Source: Octopus sinensis
Taxonomy: Eukaryota
Reading direction: 5' to 3'
DNA length: 64,000 nt
Assembly: GCF_006345805.1 (NCBI RefSeq)
Contig: NC_043016.1
Coordinates: forward strand, 31,434,001 to 31,498,000
The position numbers and the translations under genes are program-made. The notes below the pieces were generated by a model. The model ran no database searches. It was not told the DNA's origin and was given only the letters and a program-made list of their open reading frames with translations. This document shows positions 51,575 through 63,398 of the stretch, piece by piece (positions within the stretch are counted from its first letter, which is position 1; every line of letters starts with the position of its first letter).

Positions 51575-52765
51575 ATATATATATTTGTAAAAAATGAAGT
51601 TCGAAAATGCTGCTGTATTATACAATTTTTAATTTTTATATATACATTATAACATGTTTCAGTTCCTGAAATGAACCTTATCAAAAAAAGTTATATATAA
51701 AAAGAGACAGCTCATGCCGTCAAAACACAGAAATTCATTTATAATACACAACGGAGTCAGACATCTTAGAGTTCATGTATAGTTGATATATAGTTCATGT
51801 ATAGTTGATATATAGTTTGAAGTAATGTTCAAAGTGTTCGATGCAGTGGCCCACGGTGGCGATACGTATTCAATACAAAAAACAGATCAAAGTGGTGGAA
51901 AGCGGTCAATACAGAAGATTGATGTTTTGCGAAAGAGCGAGGAATTCATTTTTTACCTTAAGCAATTGTGATGACCCATGGTGGAGTTCGCTGGGTGGTT
52001 CTAGTGAGTTTTTGTGAAATGCTCGGTTTTTAATGCCTGTTAGGTGGTCAATCTAGCGTAGCGTGACGTCATCAATGTTTTTGACCAATCGTTTCGTTAG
52101 GTGGCTTTAACCAAGTGGAACGGGACGTCATCATTATTTTGACCAATCGCTGCATTATAACTCCTCTTGTTTGTTTCCTGTCTTGACCAGTCGCTTCGTT
52201 AGTCAGGCATAGCGGGACGTCATCCAGATTCTGCCCAATCACGACTTATAGCTACATTAGATCTGCCCCCTGTCTGTACTTGTTAGGTGACTATTCAAGC
52301 AGAAAAGGACGTCATCAATATTCTGACTAATGACTGTCCCCTGTTTGTATCCTGTCCATTCTAGCAGAGCTAGCGTCATCAACTTGTTGACCAATCAGAA
52401 TCGGGTCTGACCCTTAGCTGTATCGTATGTATCAGGGTCAGATTTGCACGAAAAAATTTTTTTCCTTTTTTACTAAGGCATATTTCCGTCAGAGTGAGTG
52501 TCTGTTTGAAGTAGCGGCCGTGGTGAAATTTGGTTCTCCTTTTCGGAGGACTTATCTTTTGTTTTAGTATTCCTGCCCAGGGTGTTTAAACTTGTCAAAA
52601 TTTTTTTATGACATATAGTTCTTTATTTTGGCGTTGTGTGAATGTTGCGTTGTCACTGAATTTATATAGCGGGGTTAGTTGTAAATTTCGGATTTACATT
52701 TCCAGCACATCTATCTATGTGTCCGCTGACTGGTAATTTTGCGGTAATCAATATTTTGCGGTATA
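51575..52765 (-). mobile_element. Unclassified CpG-rich insert of about 1.2 kb between (TA)n tracts
   Basis: Decayed hammerhead-like tail at about 51655-51700 (TTGATAA GGTTC...GGAACT GAAAC ATGT), internal CRE/CCAAT repeats, no recognisable ORF. Confidence 0.45.
52064..52395 (+). promoter_or_regulatory. Array of five GACGTCA-N12/13-CCAAT composite motifs
   Basis: Units begin at 52064, 52124, 52216, 52308 and 52372. The spacer is 13, 12, 12, 12 and 12 nt while its sequence varies. Function is inferred only. Confidence 0.45.
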
Positions 52766-52802
52766 TATATATATATATATATATAAATATAGAGAGAGAG
52801 AG

Positions 52803-52885
<83 letters not shown>

Positions 52886-53836
52886 CATACATACTACATA
52901 CATACATACATAGACATGAACCAATGGTAATTTTCTGACTGGCCATAACCAATGATTACATAAAATATATATCTACAACACACACACACACACACACATG
53001 ATGGGCTTCTTTCAGTTTCCACCTACCAAATCCACTCTCAAAGCTTTGGCCCAGGACTGAAATAGAAGGCACTTGTCCAAAGTGTTGTGCAGTGAGGCAG
53101 AACCCAGAACCATTTGGTTAGGAAGCAAACTTCTTATTACACAACCATGCCTGTGTCTATATTTTATGGACAACCCTAGCATTCTAATTTTAATAAAACA
53201 AAAATGAAAACAGAAATTGTTTAAAAGACAGAATTTGTTCATATATATATATAAATGTATAACTTATTAATTTCAAATTAAAAGGTTAATACCATTTTTA
53301 GAATTTTTATTAAATTCTGTTAAAATATCTATCTCATGAAATGCTAGAATGTTTTACAAAATCCAAGGGTTCTTCAGAACTGTATTTGGAAAATTCTAAT
53401 CTAAGTGATGTTTCAAAAACAGGTTCTTTACTCCAGAATGTGTTAAGTAGAATATAAGAAAAAAAGAATTTTTTGAGTTCAAAAGAGAACATAGAACTCC
53501 TAATTGCAACAACATTATTCACCAACAACCTAAGACTTGTTCCACATATTCTACAAGTAAACATTAAGATATTTTGAAGTTTGAAGTCATAAAGTGAAAG
53601 TTGGGTGAAAATCTTGGTAAAAATTTTAAAAAATTTTATGGTGCTTTTTAGAGCAGTAATCATAGGGTTGAAAGGAATAAAGGCTAAAGATGTTGAGAAG
53701 TGAGAAGACTAGCATTAAAACAATATTTATTCAACAACTGAACATAATCAGCAAGACTTATAATTAAACCTGGAAAATAAGAAGACAAACTATCCATAGT
53801 AAGCGAGGAGCAATGTCAATAGTAGCTATTCCTTAC

Positions 53837-53873
53837 CTTGTGGATCTGCACGGCTGGAACAATATTTTTAAGT
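53837..53873 (-). other. Predicted non-coding exon 1 (37 nt) of the secreted-protein gene
   Basis: ACTTAAAAATATTGTTCCAGCCGTGCAGATCCACAAG|GTAAGG: consensus donor, no upstream ATG, starts at an Inr-like TCACTT. Its link to exon 2 across 16.4 kb is inferred. Confidence 0.6.
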
Positions 53874-53905
53874 GATCAAAATATCTTCCCCATTTGCTAT
53901 ATATA
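53870..53905 (-). promoter_or_regulatory. TATA box plus initiator core promoter
   Basis: TATATATAG at 53905-53897 lies 30-32 nt upstream of the A (53873) of TCACTT, followed 37 nt later by a splice donor. Confidence 0.6.
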
Positions 53906-54059
53906 TTGCTTCAAAATAAATATATATGATTTCACAGATAAGTGATTGCCCATGTACAAACACTAACAAATACTTGGAAATGACAGCAAGCATAAATTGA
54001 AGCTATTGTTTAAAATACATATGCAGTATAGATATATACATAGATACGTACATCATTTC

Positions 54060-54650
54060 ATTGCATAATTATATGTAAATACATGGGTTAATATATGCAT
54101 GCCTGTTTGTATGAGCATGTGCATGAGCATGTATGTGTGCATGTTAGTATAGAAACATACATATACATACATGCATGCACACACACACATACATACATAC
54201 ATACATTCATACATACATACATACATACATACATACATACATACATGCATGCATGCATACATACATACATACATACAGTCATTCATACATACATATATAC
54301 ATACATACACACACACATACATACATACATACATACATACATACATACATACATACGTACGTACATACATACATTCATACATACATACATACATACATAC
54401 ATACACACACACATACATACATACATACATACATTCATACATACATACATACATACATACATACATACATACACACACACATACATACATACATTCATAC
54501 ATACATACATACATACATACATACATGCATACATACTTATATTTATACACACACACACACACATACACTCATACATATGTAAATCTAGAGAGTGAGAGAG
54601 AGAGGGAGAGAGAGAGAGAGGGAGAGAGAGAGGGAGAGAGAGAAAGGTAG
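54060..54650. repeat. Compound (TACA)n/(CA)n/(GA)n microsatellite
   Basis: Direct reading. Similar tracts at 19795-19885, 26200-26360, 27722-27985, 28140-28560, 37150-37215, 49250-49480, 51315-51585, 52760-52910 and 61945-62160. Confidence 0.97.
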
Positions 54651-54924
54651 TGATAGACGGATAGATATAAATGTATATAAAAACGTATAAGAAAGTTTTA
54701 GCATAAATAAATGAAAATACAAACATGATGGGTACATATCTGAAGCACTCATGTATTTTTATGTACACAAAGGATTATGAGGAAAACATACCCATAAGCT
54801 TACATACATAAGCATATAACCCAATAAACAGACTTTGTGCACATGCAAACCCACACAAAAATACATCATCCTAGTCAGTGTCACACCCACTCCCATCACC
54901 ATTGCCACCACTAAAAATAATCAT

Positions 54925-55460
54925 CACCATCATCACCGTTATCATCGACATCCTCTACCACCACCACCACCACCACCACCACCACCACCATCACCACCAC
55001 CACCACCACCACCACCACCAACACCAACACCACCACCACCACCCCATCACCCCACCACCACCAACACCAACACCACCACCACCAACCACCACCACCACCA
55101 CCACCACCACCAGCCACCACCACCACCACCACCACCACCACCACCACCACCATCACCACCACCAACACCACCACATCCCACCACCACCACCAACCACCAA
55201 CACCAACACCAACACCACCACCAACACCACCACCACCCACCAACACCCACACCACCACCATCACCACCACCCACCACCACCACCAACACCACACCACCCA
55301 CCACCAACACCAACACCCAACACCACCACCACCACCATAACCACCACCACCACCACCACCACCACCACCACCAACCACCACCACCACCACCACCATCATC
55401 AAATTTTTGTTATCATTGTTGCCGTTGTCATCATCATCTTTGTCATTGCCACCATCATGA
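54925..55460. repeat. Degenerate (CCA)n/(TGG)n trinucleotide tract
   Basis: About 530 bp of CAC/CCA/CAA triplets. Confidence 0.95.
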
Positions 55461-56626
55461 TTGCTAATGACAGGTTCAATAATTCAGCACAAGTTATGGT
55501 CATGCTTTCTTACCACCTCACTTCATTCTCTCTTCTGTTTTAATTGATTTCAGTTGGTAGTGGCCCAGGTTGGAGCTAGCTAAGTAGTACCATCTGGGAT
55601 GTGCATATGTGTGTGTGTGTGCATGCATGTGCCCATGCATGTGTGTGTGTGCATATGTATAAGCATACGTACACAAGCACATACATGCATACATCATAAT
55701 ACATATTCATGTATATATGCATGCATCCATATATGTATGTATATGTACATACAAATGTACAGAGACAAAGTGAGAGAAATGTATACATTCATGTCTGCAC
55801 ACACAAACACACATACACACACATATGCATGCACAAAACATGGAAATTCATGTAAATCATGCCAACCTTACACCAATAATAACAAAACAAATTGCAATTT
55901 GAATGAAAAGAAGCTAATAAACCAGTTATCTTGAAATATACTCAGCTGTTACGCATATTTTATGATTCTTTATTAGAAACAGAAAAAAGGAAAAGTAAAG
56001 TTCTTGTAAAGTTAATATTGGATCCAGTTGATAATGAATTTAATAATATAAGTCAACTTTCTTCGCATAACCATAAGATTTGGAATAAATCTGATTAGAG
56101 AGCAAATTCTAAATGTTACTTTCAGACAAAAATCTTTGTTGACAACATGTCAAACTGGTGACTCCTCCCATCACACTTGTGTCTAACTAATCCCAGATTC
56201 TGCATTAATCTGTACAAAGTCCTTCCTTCTCAAAATGTTGTCTCTCTGGAATCCCTTTCCTGCTCTTGTCCTTCCTGTTACCTGCAGTTGTTGACTTGCA
56301 AAAGTTCCAAAGGAAAGTTCCTGGCATCAAGCTCATTGGTCTTAAAAGGGCTTGTATAGGGTATAGGTACTGTCCATTCCTCTGGAAGCAGTAAGTTAAA
56401 AGAAAACAAAAAGAAAAAAAAGGGAGAGTAGAAAATTTGCAAGATGTCACACAAGGTGGAACTGAGCCCAAAACCATATGGTTGCAAAGTGAGCTGGTTA
56501 ATTTTCTTTTTTTCTTTTACTACTGGTTCTGGAGGAATAGGCAGAACCTGCGTATGTATGTGTGCATGGTAAGTATAATATATATATATTATATATATAT
56601 ATAATATATATATATATATTATAATA

Positions 56627-57163
56627 CATAGAGTTATTAAAAAAGATGAACCAATTTCGCTATGCAATATTAATAAGAAAAGCAATAGAAAACTCCAGCT
56701 GAGTCCCAAGTATTTACTCACAATCAACTTTTATTTCCTGTCTAAGAAGTGTTCAATGTGGCCACCACCTGCAGCACTGACAACATCAATGCAATGATGT
56801 GTACCAGCATATAATGATCCACTGAGTGTGTGATCCACTGTGTGTGATTTTTTCTTGTGGGGATATGTAAAAGATCACATGTATGCTCCACCACTACCCA
56901 CTAACCTCAATGACCTTAAACATTGAATAACAACAGCAATCAACTCAGTGGATGGTGATAAGCATATATACGTTTGGGAAGAATTCTCTTATCACATTGA
57001 TGTTGCCCGTGCTGCAGGTGGTGGCCACATTGAACACTTGTAAGACAGGAAATAAAAGTTATTTGTGAGTAAATACTTGTGACTTAGCTGGAGTTTTCTA
57101 TTGCTTTTCCTTATTAAAATATTGCATAATGAAATCAGTTCATACTGTTTGAATAACCCTATG
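56627..57163 (+). mobile_element. Mariner (rosa/DD41D-like) deletion derivative with inverted arms of about 170 bp
   Basis: TA TSD, termini CATAG(A/G)GTTATT. The internal frame FFLWGYVKDHMYAPPLPTNLNDLK...VWEEF.Y.IDV.RAAGGGHIEHL* is a transposase C-terminus. Confidence 0.85.
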
Positions 57164-57207
57164 TATAATATATGATGGTGTGTGTAATATCTATTTATAG
57201 ATATATA

Positions 57208-57284
<77 letters not shown>

Positions 57285-57554
57285 AATATTAGGGATAAAT
57301 CCAAATTTACAGGGAAAAATTAGATTTAGGATTAAATCCAATTTTATAGTATAAATATATTAGATAATTATATTAAATAGAGATAAAACCACTATTAGGC
57401 AAATCAAACAGTGAAAAACATAAGCCAATACATAAATTAATTTAAAAATATAAAGTTAAAAATTAAAAAAATTATTTAAATAATTTAAACTTATAAATTT
57501 TAAATATATATATACAAATATATATATATATATATGTTATGTATATTTATATTT

Positions 57555-59030
57555 ATATATTATTTTGCTGACATGCAGAAAGCCTTTGACAGGGTCCCCC
57601 AATCTCTTATTGGGTGCGCATTGTGGAAGCCAGAGACAGATGAGTGGTTAGTGAGAGCTGTGCAAGCCATGTACAGGGATGCCATTAGTAAGGTGAGAGT
57701 CGCCAATGAGTATAGCAAGGAGTTTAATGTACAAGTAGGAGTCCACCAGGGGTTGGTTTTTAGCCCCTTCTTATTTATCATGGTCTTCCAATTTATAACT
57801 GAGAAATTGAAGACTGGCTGCCCCTGGAGCTCCTCTATGCTGATAACCTTGTTCTTATTGCTGAATCACTAACAGAACTAGAGAAAAACTTCAGGTATGG
57901 AAGCAAGGTCTGGAATCAAAAGGCCTTAGAGTTAACATAACAAATACCAAAGTATTGATAAGTAAGAAAACAGACAAACTGCAGGTACCTTCAGGGAGAT
58001 GGCTCTGCTCAATATGTAAAAAAGGTGTCAGAGAAACTCCACAAAGTGTACACAATGCAAGCTATGGACACATAAGAGGTGCTGTGGTATCACTGGATGA
58101 CTAATGGAGAAAGCAGTCTTTACATGTGGCAGGTGTACAGGTACATTAAACACCAGGAATGTACAAAAAAAGACTCCCTTGTATGCCAAGGGTAGTAGAC
58201 TGTTTCCATTACTTAGGTGACCAAGTTTGTAGTGGGATGGGGTGATTGTTCTGAAAGGATAGCTGCTAGATAGCTAGATAGGCTGGACAAAGTTCAGAGA
58301 TCTACTACCTCTGTTAGTAATGAAGGGCTTCTTCCTCAGAGTGAAAGGTAGATTGCACGATGCCTATGTACAGACAGCTATGGTACATGCCAGAGAGACA
58401 TGGGCTGTGACTACTGAAGATGTGTGAAGACATGAAAGAAAGGAAGCCAGTATGCTTTGCTGGATGGGTAATGTCAGTGCGCATATACAACAGAGTGAAA
58501 GTGATTTTGGGAGAAAAACTGGGTATATGTAGCATCAGATGTAGTGTGCAAGAGAGAAGACAGCACTAATATGGCCATGTGGTGCATATGAATGAGGACA
58601 GTTGCATCAAGAGGTTGCCAACCTCTAATTATAGAGGGAACATGTGGAAAGAGTAAACCGAGGAAGACGTGGGATGATGTGGCGAGACAAAATCTTCAGA
58701 TACTAGGACTCACAGAGGGGATGACAGAGGACTGAGGCTCCTGGCACTTTGATGTACTTGAAAAGACCTGTCAAGCTAAGTAAAAGTGTGGTTGTTCCCT
58801 ACAACCCTCTCTAGCTGACCATCTCTAACCTTGCAGGCTTGCAGGTGCTGGTGCCACATAAAAAGCACCCATACCGGTGCTGTGTAAAAGTACCCAGTAT
58901 ACTCTGTAGAGTGATTGGCATTAGGAAGGACATCCAGCTAAAGAAACCATGCCAAGACAGACATGGAGCCCGAACAGGCCTTCAGCTGGTCAGTTTCTGT
59001 CAAACTGTCCAACTCATGTATGGAAAATAG
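57555..59030 (+). mobile_element. Third 5'-truncated RTE LINE copy
   Basis: FADMQKAFDRVPQSLI...GVHQGLVFSP..., followed by a decayed C-terminus and 3'UTR. Confidence 0.9.
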
Positions 59031-59369
59031 ACATTGGTTAGTTGTTTCTAGGTCTGAAAAAAAGTAGTGATATTAATGTCTTTGGTTAAGGCCAGTCAGA
59101 AAGTTAACATTAGTTTTGTGTTTATTATTGTTGTTAGCAATATAGGTAACTCATCAGACTTGCTGGCTAAATGCGTGTAACCTCTTTACTACTGGAAGTA
59201 AGAATACAGTCTTGGTCAGTAATGGTTGTGAAACAAACCCTGAAATGAAATTCTTGAACATGAAAATCCCTGCTAGGTGAGATGGACTTATCTCCCTTAG
59301 ATTGGTTTTAGTTGTGTCTAACAAAATGGGTCAGTTTATGTACAAAATCGATACACTCATCACAAAAGG

Positions 59370-59900
59370 GGGATTTCATGTCTCCAATATGAATTTTCTC
59401 TCATGAGAGTACTGGCTAAACATCTCATATTTGGAATTTAAGAAGCTCACCTAGGTCCAACAAACTTTTTAGGATCCTTGTCCTCTTGGCCAAGCAAAGT
59501 TTGCATCATCTACTCCCCTTGAAGTTGGTCCAGGCTGTTCCAGGGACCCTCCATTTAATCCTGTATAGTGTCACCTCTTATTTAAAATGCCATGTGTAGT
59601 TAACCAAAGATGTATAGTTGCACCTCTCTGGGATCTAAAAAGATGACCTGTGGTTATTTAGTCAAAACTTGAAGGGGTCGTCCATTGCTCCAATATACTT
59701 TTGTGTACGAGTCCTTACATTGCCAGTGTTGTTGTTGTTGTTGTTGCTGCTGCTATTACTGGCAGACACTGCCTCTACCATGTAGCCCATGGCCTTAGAG
59801 TTGCATCGACTGTCCACTGAGCATTCACCGTTAACCTCACATGAAGATCCTGTGTTTCTACAGGGTTTAGGAGAATTCAATAATTTTTTTTCACAACCAT
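59370..59900 (-). pseudogene. Decayed Penelope GIY-YIG endonuclease region
   Basis: CRNTGSSCEVNGECSVDS...KYIGAMDDPFKF*LNNHRSSF...YTW matches the C.C...C.LNG.C / YIG...FK.R..NH..SF...YIW pattern. Confidence 0.7.
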
Positions 59901-60600
59901 TGCTGACCAACGTCTGATGTGTCACAATATTCATTCAATGTCTGATGTGACCATTGTCTGATGTGTCACCTATATTGCTAAGAGCAATAACAGAAGAAAG
60001 CAATGGTAACTTTCTGACAGGCCATAACCAATGACTACTTTCAATATATATATATATATATATATGTGCTTAAGTTTCTGTTGAAGAATTGGGAAGTTTC
60101 CCCTCTATCTGATTAACTGTACCATAAACTCAGTATTTTTTCAGTCTTATAACTTACAGTCTAAGGGAGGTAACTCTTTTCCCCTCTTGCTGCTTGCTGC
60201 TTTCTGATTACTTTTTCATTTTCTAGTTTTTTAACCTTCCACTTTTTTTTTTAATATTTCCTTCTCGCCTTTTCTCATTTCTTCTCTCAATCAATTTTTG
60301 ATTCGTTATGCCATTTGGGGTGTGTTGATGACTGTGCCGAGATGTCAGATGTGTTATAGAATATTGTTTAGCATGCTCTCAGCACATGAATCTTGTAGTA
60401 GCACATAAAAATATGTATTGTGACTATTAAATAATATTTATCTGTCATCAGGTGGAGTACTTTTTTTTGTTGATCTTGTCATCAAAGAACAGTACATTAC
60501 GTATAAATGAAGCTATATCCTTTAATTTGCTGCTTTTCATTACATGAACTGAGAAAATACCTAGCAGAACTGTCATTATCTTAATAAGTTATGTCTAATT

Positions 60601-60706
60601 ATCACCTGAAGAAACACATCTGCACCGATGGATGCTCTTAAATCAATTGTTGGGTATTCTACCCATAAGGGATCGATGCTGAATGGATTGAAACAATTGT
60701 AGTGAT
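60601..60706 (+). ncRNA. Type I hammerhead ribozyme (Penelope-type)
   Basis: ATCAC-CTGAAGA-A...T-GAAAC-AATT-GTA/GTGAT: 5-bp stem I, palindromic ACAATTGT, GUA triplet, imperfect stem II, followed by AATAAA. Confidence 0.65.
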
Positions 60707-61084
60707 TAATAAAAATTCTCGTATCTTCCGTTTTCCGTCTCTCTCATCAACTAGATATATACATTTTATATTCACTACAAATTGCTCGAAGCTAACTCTC
60801 TTCCTGCACCTTGATCCCTGATCTTACATTTATATATATATATATATACATGCTGTAAGAAACTATTCTACTTTCTATGTTCTACGTTATATATTTTAAT
60901 AATTACTGGTATTTTTATATTTGTAAAGCATAATGTGTTATACATGTATGTATATCGTTTTAATTGGGTTTTTTTAAATAAATAAATAGACATAATATAA
61001 TATCTAAAAGTTGATGAATACCACCTCTTGATGCCCTCCATTTTCTTATTGCTATATATATATGTATGTATGTTTGTATGTATG

Positions 61085-61470
61085 TATGGGCGGAGGAACT
61101 CTTGAGAGTCAATGGCCATCCAATAAATGTCTTAAGGCTGTATCATGCGCGGGGACATAGAAATAATCGAACTGAATACCCGATCGCGCGGTTAAACCAT
61201 TGGGAGTGAAGGACTCCCAGCCTTTGTTAGGGCATCCTTCTAGGAGAAGGTAACTCAGGTAACTGGGAAAGCCTTCGACATAAAACCTGCGGCTCAGTGG
61301 TTACCGATGATGTTGACTTGTTCTTCTTTTTGGATTATAGCTGCTGTTGCTTAGTGAGTGGGATTAACTCAGTGCACAGCCTTTCCTCACTTTAAAAAAA
61401 AATCTTCTTGCACAGGCATTGCACAATAACAACATTGATTAAGCTTTGTGCAATGGCCATACTCGATAAT
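61085..61470 (+). mobile_element. RTE 5'UTR-like or SINE-like element
   Basis: GGGCATCCTTCTAGGAGAAGGTAACTC...TAAAACC resembles RTE leaders. 7-bp hairpin at 61201-61219. Confidence 0.4.
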
Positions 61471-61740
61471 GAAGGGGCAGCCAGTATGTATGTATGTACA
61501 TATATATATATATATATATATATGTATAATAAAATATTAGGGAATAAATCCAAACTTACAGGGAAAAATCAGATTTAGGATTGAATCCAATTTTATAGTA
61601 AAATATTATATTATATTAAATTAGAGATAAAACCACTATTAGGCAAATCATACAATGAAAAACTTAAGCCAATACATAAGATTAATTAATTTATATTATT
61701 TTAAATATATATCAATTTATTAAAAAAAGATAATTAGTAT

Positions 61741-61805
61741 AACACTACAATCATTTCATGGCTGTCCAATTCGTAAAATTCGAGTACAGTCATTCTTCAG
61801 GTGAT
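61741..61805 (-). ncRNA. Hammerhead ribozyme, copy 1
   Basis: ATCAC-CTGAAGA-ATGACTGT...ACAGCCAT-GAAAT-GATT-GTA/GTGTT: intact core with wobble pairs in stem III. Confidence 0.55.
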
Positions 61806-61938
61806 TGAAATATTTAACTTAGCGATTACTTTTTTTAATAACTTTGATATATATTTAAAATAATATAAATTAATTAATCTTATGTATTGGCTTAAGTTTT
61901 TCATTGTATGATTTGCCTAATAGTGGTTTTATCTCTAA

Positions 61939-62001
<63 letters not shown>

Positions 62002-62027
62002 TATGTATATGTATATATGTATGTATG

Positions 62028-62111
<84 letters not shown>

Positions 62112-63140
62112 GTATATGTATATATGTATGTATGTATATAATACACACACACACACATCATGTGTGTGTCTTTGTTTTTGTGTTGTCCTGCACCCACTGC
62201 TTGATGGTTAGTGTTTGTTTATATTCCTGTAACTTAACAGTCCCACAAAAAAAAAAAAGAGCAATAAAATAACTACCTGACTTAATGAATAAGTAATATA
62301 GTCATTCTGTTTGACAAAAATCTTTCAAAGGTGGGGTTCCAGCAAGGCTGTGATTTAATGAATGGAACAAACAAAATATAATAGGTAAAAGATTAAAAAA
62401 ATTTTTTTTTTTGAAATAATAAGTTTCTGAGTTGATTTTTGTATAAAGAGAAAGAGGTAGAGGCAGAGGGACATAAGAAATAAGGAGGGGTGAGAAAAAA
62501 TGACAGGGACACAGTGAAGTGAAAACAGGAGGGAAAGTGAGCATGAAGAGTTCTTGTCCTATTTTGTATTTTTTATATATAAAACATATAGTGGTGTAAG
62601 TACACTTTGGTCTCTTATATGTAAGTATATATTTATCTAAATCTTGTATGACTCTATTCTTTCTATTATTCTTTCCTTCTTTCTATCAGCCCTTCCACGC
62701 TTACTTTGTTCATTCCAATCTTCGTTCTTTCATTCCCCCTCTCTCACATTTCCTTGCTTTCTCTTCACACTCACTTTCCCTCCTCTTTTCACTTCACTGT
62801 GTCCCTGTCATTTTTCTCGTCCCTCCTTATTTCTTCTGTCCCTCTGCCTCTACCTCACTCTCTTCTCTTCCCACGTGACCGGTGTTTGGCCAAGTCTGAC
62901 CTTTCTTTCTTGGTTCAACCACTGTCCATTCAACATCTGTATTCCTCCCTGTGCCTGTGAAATCTTATATCCCTGCTGTAAAATATTATATTTATAGTAA
63001 AATATTATATTATATTAAATTAGAGATAAAACCACTATTAGGCAAATCATACAATGAAAAACTTAAGCCAATACATAAGATTAATTAATTTATATTATTT
63101 TAAATATATATCAAATTTATTAAAAAAAGATAATTAGTAT

Positions 63141-63207
63141 AACACTACAATCATTTCATGGCTGTCCAATTCGTAAAAATTCGAGTTACAGTCATTCTTC
63201 AGGTGAT
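63141..63207 (-). ncRNA. Hammerhead ribozyme, copy 2
   Basis: Near-identical to 61741-61805 within a direct duplication. Confidence 0.55.
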
Positions 63208-63341
63208 TGAAATATTTAACTTAGCGATTATCTTTTTTTAATAACTTTGATATATATTTAAAATAATATAAATTAATTAATCTTATGTATTGGCTTAAGT
63301 TTTTCATTGTATGATTTGCCTAATAGTGGTTTTATCTCTAA

Positions 63342-63398
<57 letters not shown>

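Noticed and set aside
53280-53760. Coding exon near the promoter
   Set aside because: The 109-aa ORF has no domain and no compatible splice sites, and the opposite frame has stops.
54835-55543. His-, Pro- or Thr-rich ORFs (210 and 221 aa)
   Set aside because: All frames are open because of the (CCA)n tract, and there are no convincing splice signals or unique domain.
61085-61470. HDV-like ribozyme in an RTE leader
   Set aside because: I could not fit the nested double pseudoknot by eye; an RNArobo or Infernal search would be decisive.
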